Position numbers and translations under genes: made by a program. 64,000 nucleotides of DNA from NCBI GenBank assembly GCA_963752285.1, contig CAVVXN010000005.1:1728001-1792000 (forward strand), in the 5' to 3' direction. Of the stretch, positions 10,751 through 18,952 are shown piece after piece. The stretch is from an uncultured Planctomycetota bacterium (GTDB lineage Bacteria; Planctomycetota; PLA2; JAEUHO01). A model generated the notes under the pieces. The model saw only the letters and a program-made list of their open reading frames with translations, was not told where the DNA came from and made no database searches. Every line of letters begins with the position of its first letter. Within the stretch, counting starts at the first letter, position 1.

Positions 10751-13700
10751 AGATCTCCGACGCCGCGATCAAGAAGCCCGTCTTCGCCTGGATGCTCATG
10801 GCGGGCCTGCTCGTGTTCGGCGGCATCGGCTTGACGCGCCTCGGCGTGAGTCGCCTGCCCGACGTCGACTTCCCGCAGGTCACCGTGAACCTGGTGCTCG
10901 AGGGCGCGTCCCCCGAAACGATGGAGACGACGGTCGTCGAGGTCGTCGAGGACGCGTGCACCACCGTCGAGGGCGTACGCAACATCACGTCGGAGTCGCG
11001 GGAAGGCGCCGCGAGCGTCACGGTGGAGTTCGACCTGGGTCGCAACATCGACGCGGCCCTCCAGGACGTACAGACGAAGATCGCACAGGCCCAGCGACGC
11101 CTGCCGGCGGACCTCGAGCCGCCCGTCGTGACGAAGTCGAATCCCGAGGACAGCCCCATCATGTGGGTGTCCCTCACGGGACCGAGGAGCCCGCAGGAAC
11201 TCTCCGACACCGTCCGGTACGTGCTGAAGGACCGGATCCAGACGGTGCCGGGTGTCGGTGAGATCCAGATGGGCGGCTTCCGGGAGCGGAGCCTCCGCGT
11301 CTGGCTCGACGCGGACCGCCTCGACGCCCTCGACCTGACCGCGTCCGACGTGCTCGCCGCCATCCGCCGCGAACACGTCGAGCTGCCCGCGGGCCGCATC
11401 GAGACATCCTCGCGCGAGGTGAACGTGCGGACGCTCGGCGAGGCGCTCGACGTGAACACGTTCGCGAACCTCGCGATCGCCGATCGGAATGGGAGCACCG
11501 TACGGCTGAAGGACGTCGGCGCGGTCGAGGACGGCCTCGAGGACCGCCGCCGCATCTCGCGTACGAACGGGGTGTCCGCGCAGGGGATGGGCATCAAGAA
11601 GCAGCGCGGCGCGAACGCCGTCGCGGTGGCGCACGCCGTACGCGATCGTCTCGACGAGATCCGCAAGCAGCTGCCCGCCGACCTCGACCTGAAGGTCATC
11701 TTCGACTCGACCGGCCCCGTCGAGGACGCGATTCACGAGATCTACCTGACCCTCGGCCTCGCGGTCCTCCTGACGGCGGTGGTGTGCTGGCTCTTCCTCG
11801 GCTCGATCTCCTCCACGGTGAACGTCTTGCTCTCGATCCCGACCTCGATCGTGGGCACGTTCGCGGTGATGTACTTCCTCGGCTTCACCCTGAACACGTT
11901 CACCCTGCTCGGCCTGTCGCTCGCGGTGGGCATCGTGGTCGACGACGCGATCATGGTGCTCGAGAACATCTTCCGCCGGGCGGAGGAGGGCGAGACCCGG
12001 ATCCGCGCCGCGGTCGCGGGGACCCGCGAGGTCGCGTTCGCCGCGCTGGCGGCCACGGCGGCGATCGTGGCCATCTTCCTGCCGGTCGCGTTCATCCGGG
12101 GCGTGATCGGCGCGTTCCTCTTCCAGTTCGGGGTGACGATCGCCACGGCGGTCCTCCTCTCGCTCCTGGAGGCGCTCACCCTCACGCCCTCGCGCAGCGC
12201 GCAGTTCCTCTCGGTGGGCACGCGGCGCACGTTCTTCGGACGCGGGTTCGACGCCGGCATGGAGGGCCTCGCGCGCGCGTACCGCTTCACGCTCCGCGGC
12301 GTGCTCCGATGGAGATGGGTGGTCCTGCTCGTGGGCACCGGCGCGTTCGTCCTCTCGCTCGGCATCCTGCCGAAGCTGAAGCGCGAGCTGATCCCCTCGG
12401 AAGACATGGGGATCACCATGATCCGGCTCTACACCCCCCCGGGGTCCTCGATCGACGTCACCGACTCCATCGTCAAGCGAGGCGAGGCCCTGCTCCTCGC
12501 GCGGCACGACGTGAAGACCGTCTTCGCCGCGATCGGGGGACGGGACGGCGGCGAGGTGAACCGCGGGATCCTCTTCGTCACGCTGATCCCGCGCGAAAAG
12601 GGCCGCGTCTCGATGCCCACGTTCGTGAAGCAGATGCGGGCGGAGTTCGCGAAGATCCCCGACGTCCGGGTCTCCTTCCAGGACATGAGCGTCCGCGGGT
12701 TCACGGCCCGTCGGGGCTATCCCGTCGAGTTCAGCGTCCGCGGTCCCGACTGGAACCGGCTCGGCCAGGCGGCCGAGCGGATCACGGCGGCCATGGAGGG
12801 GTCGGACACCTTCGCCGACGTGGACACGGACTACGAGGTGGGCATGCCCGAGGTGCGCGTCGTGCCGGACCGCGCGCGGGCCGCGCGGACCGGCGTGAGC
12901 ATGCAGGCCATCGCCGAGACCGTGAACGCCCTGGTCGGCGGCGTGCGCGCGGGGACGTACGAGTCGAACGGCCGCCGGTACGACATCCGGGTGCGGCTCT
13001 TCTCGAAACAGCGCGACCGTGAAGCCGACATCGGACGCCTGCGCGTCCGCGCGAGGAACGGCGAGATCGTCCCACTCGACACGCTCGTCCGTCTCGAGAG
13101 CCGTCCGTCGCTCCTCGCGATCACCCGCGACGCCCGCGAGCGAGCGATCACCATCCACGCGAACGTCGGCCCCGACAGCTCGCAGGCCGATGCCGTGGCG
13201 GAGGCCCTTCGCCTCGCGAAGTCGATGCTTCCCGAGGGGTACCACGCGGTCCCCGTCGGGAGCGCGCAGGCACTCCAGACCTCCTTCGACGACCTCGTCT
13301 TCGCCCTCGTCCTGGGCGTCCTCGTCGCGTACATGGTCCTCGCCAGCCAGTTCAACTCGTTCGTGCACCCGATCACGGTCCTCGCCGCGCTTCCCTTCAG
13401 CCTCTCCGGCGCGTTCCTCGCGCTCTACATGTTCGACATGTCGATCAACCTGTACTCGTTCATCGGCATCGTGCTGCTGATGGGCATCGTGAAGAAGAAC
13501 TCGATCCTGCTCGTGGACTTCACGAACCAGCGACGACTCCTCGGGCTCTCGCGGGACGCTGCGCTGCTCGAGGCGTGCCCGATCCGCCTGAGGCCGATCC
13601 TGATGACGTCGGTGAGCACCTTCGCCGGGGCCCTCCCCGCCGCGCTCGCGGCAGGCCCCGGCGGCGAGGTCCGACAGCCGATGGCCATCGTGGTCCTGGG

Positions 13701-13893
13701 CGGCATGGTCGTCTCGACGCTTCTTACGCTCTTCGTCGTGCCCGCGCTGTACAGCGTGCTCGACACGCTCACGTACCGCTTCAGCCACGCGGAGCGGATC
13801 GAACGCGAGGCCTCCTCCGTGATCGCGGAGCTCGACCTGGAGGAGATGCGCCGACGGGCGACCGTCGGCCTCCCGGCCGGGGAAGCCCGGTGA
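10747..13893 (+). CDS. RND efflux permease (AcrB/AcrD/AcrF family)
   Basis: AVGIVVDDAIMVLENI, GIVKKNSILLVDF and RLRPILMTS motifs. TTG start overlaps the upstream stop (TTGA). Confidence 0.95.
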   Translation: MKISDAAIKKPVFAWMLMAGLLVFGGIGLTRLGVSRLPDVDFPQVTVNLVLEGASPETMETTVVEVVEDACTTVEGVRNITSESREGAASVTVEFDLGRNIDAALQDVQTKIAQAQRRLPADLEPPVVTKSNPEDSPIMWVSLTGPRSPQELSDTVRYVLKDRIQTVPGVGEIQMGGFRERSLRVWLDADRLDALDLTASDVLAAIRREHVELPAGRIETSSREVNVRTLGEALDVNTFANLAIADRNGSTVRLKDVGAVEDGLEDRRRISRTNGVSAQGMGIKKQRGANAVAVAHAVRDRLDEIRKQLPADLDLKVIFDSTGPVEDAIHEIYLTLGLAVLLTAVVCWLFLGSISSTVNVLLSIPTSIVGTFAVMYFLGFTLNTFTLLGLSLAVGIVVDDAIMVLENIFRRAEEGETRIRAAVAGTREVAFAALAATAAIVAIFLPVAFIRGVIGAFLFQFGVTIATAVLLSLLEALTLTPSRSAQFLSVGTRRTFFGRGFDAGMEGLARAYRFTLRGVLRWRWVVLLVGTGAFVLSLGILPKLKRELIPSEDMGITMIRLYTPPGSSIDVTDSIVKRGEALLLARHDVKTVFAAIGGRDGGEVNRGILFVTLIPREKGRVSMPTFVKQMRAEFAKIPDVRVSFQDMSVRGFTARRGYPVEFSVRGPDWNRLGQAAERITAAMEGSDTFADVDTDYEVGMPEVRVVPDRARAARTGVSMQAIAETVNALVGGVRAGTYESNGRRYDIRVRLFSKQRDREADIGRLRVRARNGEIVPLDTLVRLESRPSLLAITRDARERAITIHANVGPDSSQADAVAEALRLAKSMLPEGYHAVPVGSAQALQTSFDDLVFALVLGVLVAYMVLASQFNSFVHPITVLAALPFSLSGAFLALYMFDMSINLYSFIGIVLLMGIVKKNSILLVDFTNQRRLLGLSRDAALLEACPIRLRPILMTSVSTFAGALPAALAAGPGGEVRQPMAIVVLGGMVVSTLLTLFVVPALYSVLDTLTYRFSHAERIEREASSVIAELDLEEMRRRATVGLPAGEAR

Positions 13894-15305
13894 GGGGGCC
13901 CGCGGGACGGTGGGCGCTGCTCCTGTTCCTCGCCGCGGGCGGGGTGGGGGCCTGCGTCCGTCCGGGCCCCCTCCCTCCGGTGCCGCGGCCCGCGCTCCCC
14001 GCGGCGATGCCGCTCTCCGGCGCGGGAAGCCTCCCGGTCACGTCGAACCCGCCCTGGCTCCGGTGGTGGGAGGTGTTCCACGACGACCGCCTCGACCGTC
14101 TCGTCGAGGAGGCCCGCGCGAAGAACCTGGACGTCCGGGAGGCGGCCCAGCGCCTCCGCGCAGCGCGAGCCGCGGCGCTCCTCGCGCACGCGGCGGCCCT
14201 TCCGACCCTCGACGCCAACCTCTCCGGGGCGGTCCAGCGCCGCGGCTCGGGATCCTCCCGCGTCGGGTCCACGTCCGCCGGGTCGAGCTTCGAGCTCTAC
14301 GGGATGGGCCTCGACTCGTCGTGGGAGCTCGACCTGTTCGGCCGCCTGGACGCGGCGCGGGCCGCCGCGGTCGCCACCGCGCGGGCGGCGGAGGCGGATC
14401 GCCGCGGGGTGGTGATCGCCGTGACGGCCGAGCTGGCGAACGCCTGGTTCGACCTGCTCGCGGCCAAGGCCGAGGCGGCCATCCTCGGTGACACGATCGA
14501 GCTCCTCGAACAGACCCTCGCCATCGTCGAGGCGCGCTTCCACGCGGGCGTCGGCCCGGAGCTCGACCTGCGCCGGGTCGAGGGCGCGCTCGCGACGGCG
14601 CGGGCGCGGACGCCCGAGGCACGCCGCAAGGGGATCGCGGCGTCGAACCGCATCTCGCTCCTCCTGGGCGGGCCGCCCGGCGTCACGTTCGAGACGCCCG
14701 ACGCGGCGGAGCTCCCGCCGCCGCCCGAGATCCCGATCGGCCTCCCGTCGTCGCTCGTGCGGCGGCGCCCGGACGTCGTGGCGGCCGAGGAGCGGCTCCT
14801 CGCCTCGCACGCCCGCGTCGCCGAGGCGATCGCGGAGTTCTACCCGTCGGTGACGCTCGCGGGCGACATCTCTCTCAGCACCCTCGACCTGCGGTCGCTC
14901 TTCACGACCGCCGCACTCTCCGATGCGCTCGGCCCCACCATCCGGATCCCGATCTTCGAGGGAGGACGCCTCGCCGCCCAGAAGCTCGAACGCATCGCCG
15001 AGATGGACGCGGCCGGTACGACGTACGCGAAGACGGTCCTGGCCGCGCTCGGCGAGGTGGCCGACGCGGTGGCCGGCGTCGCGGCCCACGAGGAGGCGCG
15101 GGACCAGCTCCGGCTCGCGGTCGAGGCGCAGCGGAAGGCCGTCGAGGTGTCGCTCGCGCAGTACGAGGCCCAACTCGTGAACTACCTGCCGGTGCTCGAC
15201 AGCCAGTCAGCCCTCGCCGAGGACCGCCTGGCGCTCCTCGAGGCCGAACGGACCCTGCGCGGCGACGTGATCCGCCTCGGCGAGGCGCTGGGTGGGGGCT
15301 GGTAG
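13890..15305 (+). CDS. Outer-membrane efflux lipoprotein (OprM/NodT/TolC family)
   Basis: Lipobox VGAC, WWEVFHD, SWELDLFG, RRPDVVAAE, C-terminal ALGGGW. GTG start overlaps the RND stop. Confidence 0.93.
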   Translation: MRGPAGRWALLLFLAAGGVGACVRPGPLPPVPRPALPAAMPLSGAGSLPVTSNPPWLRWWEVFHDDRLDRLVEEARAKNLDVREAAQRLRAARAAALLAHAAALPTLDANLSGAVQRRGSGSSRVGSTSAGSSFELYGMGLDSSWELDLFGRLDAARAAAVATARAAEADRRGVVIAVTAELANAWFDLLAAKAEAAILGDTIELLEQTLAIVEARFHAGVGPELDLRRVEGALATARARTPEARRKGIAASNRISLLLGGPPGVTFETPDAAELPPPPEIPIGLPSSLVRRRPDVVAAEERLLASHARVAEAIAEFYPSVTLAGDISLSTLDLRSLFTTAALSDALGPTIRIPIFEGGRLAAQKLERIAEMDAAGTTYAKTVLAALGEVADAVAGVAAHEEARDQLRLAVEAQRKAVEVSLAQYEAQLVNYLPVLDSQSALAEDRLALLEAERTLRGDVIRLGEALGGGW

Positions 15306-15314
15306 CCACGCGGT

Positions 15315-16637
15315 TCAGCGGCGGAGCGTCGTCTTCTCGCCACGCCGGATCACTTCGAGCTCGATCGACTCGCCGCTCGTCGCGAGCTGGTCGAGACGCG
15401 ACGAGAAGGTGGCCACGTTGCTCACGGGATCCCCGTTCACACGCATCACGATGTCGTAGAGCTCCAGCCCGAGCGCCTCCGCGGGACTCCCCGGCTGGAG
15501 GCGCGACACGAGCGCGCCCTGGCCCTCCTCGAGTCGAAGCTGCGAGGCGAGAACCGGCCCCACCGCCTCCAGGCGCGCCCCGAACGCGCCCCGCTCGACG
15601 GTGCCGAAGCGCGAACGGAGCCGCGGCACGATCCCGCCCCGAAGGTCGTCTCGGAACACCTGCGGCCCGAAGTGCAGCTGGAAGTCGATGCCGCCCAGGA
15701 CCTCGTCGAGCTCCGGGTGTTCCTTCTTGAGGGCCTCGATGCTCGTGCTGTGGTACGTCTTCGTCTGGGGACGCCCGTTCTCGTCGGGCTCCGTGATGTT
15801 CGCCGTGACGCCGTCGGCGTCCTGCTTGATCTCGACGCGGCGACCGCCCCGCGAGACGTGTACCGACATGCCTCGCTGTCCGTCCCGGCCGAAGAAGGGC
15901 TCGAACGGGAAGAGCGCCGGGTTCGCGTCCTTCCAGGTCTGCCACTTCTTCTGCAGCTCGGCCATGCCCGCGGCCTTCGCGAGGTCCGGGTTTCGAGCGA
16001 GGATCTCCTCGAGCGTCCGCCCCTGGTACGTGGCGGGCGCGGCGGTGGGGTTCGCGAGGTCCTTCACCTCGAGGGTGACGCGGGAGATCATCCCGAAGAC
16101 GTTCACGTCGAGCGAGAGGCCGGGCGCCTCGAGCTTCTCGTTGTGCTCCAGGGGTCCGAACGGGTCCGCCCCGAGGTGTTCGTTCAGGTGGCGGAACAGA
16201 CGTTCGAGCCGCTGCTCGAGGGACTCCGACCCACCGGAGGACCACGGCGGGACGGGGTCGTGCGACGGCGCGCTCCCGGGGGCCGCCGGGGGCGCGTCCG
16301 AGTCCATCGACTGCTCCCCCTCGCGGGCGAGCCGCCGGAGGATCTGCTCCGCCCGCCAGCGGGCCTCCATCTGCGGCGCATCGTCCATCGCCTTCTGGAG
16401 GGCCCGCTTCGCCGGGTCGCCGATCTCGAGCAGGCGGCGCGAGGCGCGCTCGCGCGTCTCGAAGTCCGCCGAGCCGAGATCTCGGATCAGCGTGTCGATC
16501 TCCGCCTTCGACGCCTCGGGTCCGGCGGCCGGCTTCGGCGGCGCGGCCGGGGGGGGCGACGCGTCGTCGTCCGCCCTCAGCGACCGGGCGAAGGGGACGA
16601 GGAGGAGCACGGCGAGGAGGAGGGCGAAGGTGCGCAT
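15315..16637 (-). CDS. Secreted protein with N-terminal HEAT-like helices and C-terminal PDZ domain
   Basis: Signal peptide MRTFALLLAVLLLVPFARSLRA, HEAT-like LGSADFETRERASRRL, PDZ motif PGSPAEALGLELYDIVMRVNG. Confidence 0.8.
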   Translation of the reverse strand: MRTFALLLAVLLLVPFARSLRADDDASPPPAAPPKPAAGPEASKAEIDTLIRDLGSADFETRERASRRLLEIGDPAKRALQKAMDDAPQMEARWRAEQILRRLAREGEQSMDSDAPPAAPGSAPSHDPVPPWSSGGSESLEQRLERLFRHLNEHLGADPFGPLEHNEKLEAPGLSLDVNVFGMISRVTLEVKDLANPTAAPATYQGRTLEEILARNPDLAKAAGMAELQKKWQTWKDANPALFPFEPFFGRDGQRGMSVHVSRGGRRVEIKQDADGVTANITEPDENGRPQTKTYHSTSIEALKKEHPELDEVLGGIDFQLHFGPQVFRDDLRGGIVPRLRSRFGTVERGAFGARLEAVGPVLASQLRLEEGQGALVSRLQPGSPAEALGLELYDIVMRVNGDPVSNVATFSSRLDQLATSGESIELEVIRRGEKTTLRR

Positions 16638-17572
16638 GGGATTCGACGTCCTGGGGGGAGCCGGTCGGCGGGACACGGCGGCGGACGCCCCGTCCCTCGC
16701 CGAAGCTCCCACGTTTCGATCCGGCCATCCGTACGGCGGAGACGGAGGGTCCGTTGGCCCGGCCCCCCCGTCCGACCCGCAAAGGATGCGAGCAGCGGAC
16801 GGGTCGGAGGGGCGCCGTCCACGCAAAGGACCCGGTCGCCGGGCCGCAGGCCCAGACAGGCTGCGGCGCTCCCCGGAGGGACGCGGACGACCGGGGCGTC
16901 CGTCCGTCCGCCCTCCCCCGCCGGGAGGACGGAGGCCTCGAAGAGGAGCACCGCCCCCTCGGTCCCCGGCCGCGCCCGGGCCCGGGGCGGAGGCGGAAGC
17001 GGGGACGCAGACCCGGCCGGGGCGAGGGCCTCGGCCAGCCGGGTCGCCTGCTCCAGGGCGAGGCGCCGGGCGCCGCCCAAGGCCGCGGCCTCGGCCGCGT
17101 CGCCCGCGGGGCCCTCGGTCGGACTCCCCAGCACCCGGGCGATCGCGAGGAGGAGCTGTGGGAGCCGGGCGTCCCCGCCGGCCCGGGTGCCCGCCGCCGA
17201 GATGCGGCAGAGGCCCTCGGCGAGCCGCCGTTCGGCCGCCGCCGTGTCGGCGGCGGGGACGGGGACGGGGCCCCGGCCCGGGAAGCGTCCTCCGTGTCGG
17301 ACGAGCGCCTCGACGTCCCGGGCGAGGTCCCGACCCGTACGACGGTCGTCGGAAGCCGCCGGGGCCACCCGGCGGAACCCGTCCGCGGCGAGGCGACGCG
17401 CGAGGTCCGCCCGGACGGCGGGGTCGAGGCCCGAGACGTCGAGGTCCCGTACCACGCCCCCCTTCTCGAAGTGCCACACCTCGTGGGCCTCGGCCTCCCC
17501 GGCCGGCGCCAACGGCGCCAGGACCCCGAGCAGAGCGGCGACGACGGCCGCGCCGAGCAGGAGACGCGCCAT
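16577..17572 (-). CDS. Putative secreted protein with C-terminal PDZ-like domain
   Basis: Signal peptide and PDZ-like PGSAAACLGLRPGDRVLCVDG. The 3' end overlaps the next gene by 61 bp. Confidence 0.6.
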   Translation of the reverse strand: MARLLLGAAVVAALLGVLAPLAPAGEAEAHEVWHFEKGGVVRDLDVSGLDPAVRADLARRLAADGFRRVAPAASDDRRTGRDLARDVEALVRHGGRFPGRGPVPVPAADTAAAERRLAEGLCRISAAGTRAGGDARLPQLLLAIARVLGSPTEGPAGDAAEAAALGGARRLALEQATRLAEALAPAGSASPLPPPPRARARPGTEGAVLLFEASVLPAGEGGRTDAPVVRVPPGSAAACLGLRPGDRVLCVDGAPPTRPLLASFAGRTGGPGQRTLRLRRTDGRIETWELRRGTGRPPPCPADRLPPGRRIPCAPSPSSSPCSSSSPSPGR

Positions 17573-17578
17573 CGGCGG

Positions 17579-18631
17579 TCAGGACGACGGGCTCGAGGCC
17601 GGCGCGGGGACCGGGTCCAGGGCGGGCGCGTCGTTTCCGAGGGCGCGGAGCCGGCGGTAGCGCGCTTCGAGGCGCGCCTCCGGGTCCATCGCGGTGAGCT
17701 CGCCCAGGTGGTGGAGGAGACGCACCTTCAGGGTCTCGACCATGACCTGGGACTGGCGGTGCGCGCCGCCGAGCGGCTCGTCCACGATCTCGTCCACCAC
17801 GCCGAGGCGGTACAGGTCGTCGCTGGTCAGCCTCAGCGCGCGCGCCGCGTCCTCGGCCCGGCTCCCGTCCTTCCAGAGGATCGAGGCGCAGCCCTCGGGC
17901 GAGATGACCGAGTAGTACGCGTACCGCAGCATCAGCACGCGGTCGCCGACGCCGATCCCAAGCGCGCCTCCGCTCCCGCCCTCCCCCACCACGACGCACA
18001 CGACGGGCACCTTGAAGGTGGACATCTCGAGGATGTTCTCGGCGATGGCCCACGCCTGGCCGCGTTCCTCGGCGCCGATGCCCGGGTACGCCCCCGGCGT
18101 GTTGATGAGCGTGACGATCGGGAGCCCGAACCGGTCGGCCAACCGCATCTTCCCGAGGGCCTTTCGATAGCCCTCCGGGTGCGCGCAGCCGAAGTTGCAG
18201 GCCAGCTTCTCGCGGGTCTCCTGTCCCTTGCGGTGTCCGACGAGCAGGATCCGGTGGGGACCGAGCCGGGCGAAGCCGGCGCTGATCGCGCGGTCCTCGC
18301 CGAAGAGCCGGTCGCCGTGGAGCTCGATCCACTCGTCGCACATGCCGCGCACGTAGTCGCGGAACTGGGGACGCCGCGGGTGGCGCGCCACCTGGACGCG
18401 CTGCCAGGGCGTCAGCTTCCCGAAGATCTCCTCGACGAGGCGGTCGCGCTTCTTCTCGAGCGGCGAGAGCTCCCCGTTCAGGCTGACGTCGGGGATCTGC
18501 CGGAGCTCCTCGATCTTGCGCTCGAGCTCCATGATGGAACGCTCGAAAGGCAGGATGGCGGCGTCGGTGGCACCGGACCGGGGCGTCGGGTCGCGGCGCG
18601 GCGCCGGCGTGGCGTTGGTCTCGTCGGCCAT
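17579..18631 (-). CDS. accA: Acetyl-CoA carboxylase carboxyltransferase subunit alpha
   Basis: ARHPRRP, PEGYRKAL, TPGAYPGIGAEERGQ, GEGGSGGALG, YSVISPEGCA. Confidence 0.97.
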   Translation of the reverse strand: MADETNATPAPRRDPTPRSGATDAAILPFERSIMELERKIEELRQIPDVSLNGELSPLEKKRDRLVEEIFGKLTPWQRVQVARHPRRPQFRDYVRGMCDEWIELHGDRLFGEDRAISAGFARLGPHRILLVGHRKGQETREKLACNFGCAHPEGYRKALGKMRLADRFGLPIVTLINTPGAYPGIGAEERGQAWAIAENILEMSTFKVPVVCVVVGEGGSGGALGIGVGDRVLMLRYAYYSVISPEGCASILWKDGSRAEDAARALRLTSDDLYRLGVVDEIVDEPLGGAHRQSQVMVETLKVRLLHHLGELTAMDPEARLEARYRRLRALGNDAPALDPVPAPASSPSS

Positions 18632-18952
18632 GGGCCGCCTCCCTTGCCTGCTCGGGACGGGTTCGGGTGCCGGCCCCCCCGCGGCCGGGCGCCGCACCGA
18701 GGTCGCCCGGGCCCCCGGCCCGCCTGCCTCGGTCCGTCGCGTCCGATCGACTGGAAGGAGGAGCCGAGCCCTCCCCCAGGTTCCATCGGGACCGCTCGGG
18801 GACCGATCGATCGCCGGGCCATCATACCGGCGCGCGGCGCGGCGCCCCGGTCCGGGGTCCGGATCCGTCCCCCGCCCGCGATAACCAGCCTCAATCGGCG
18901 CATGACGAGGCCCCATGGAGCCTGGGGTCCCGACCGGGGCGACCATGGCGCC

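Noticed and set aside
18632..18952. Purine, ZTP or PRPP riboswitch upstream of purL
   Set aside because: I could not match any consensus by eye; an Rfam scan would be needed to exclude it fully.
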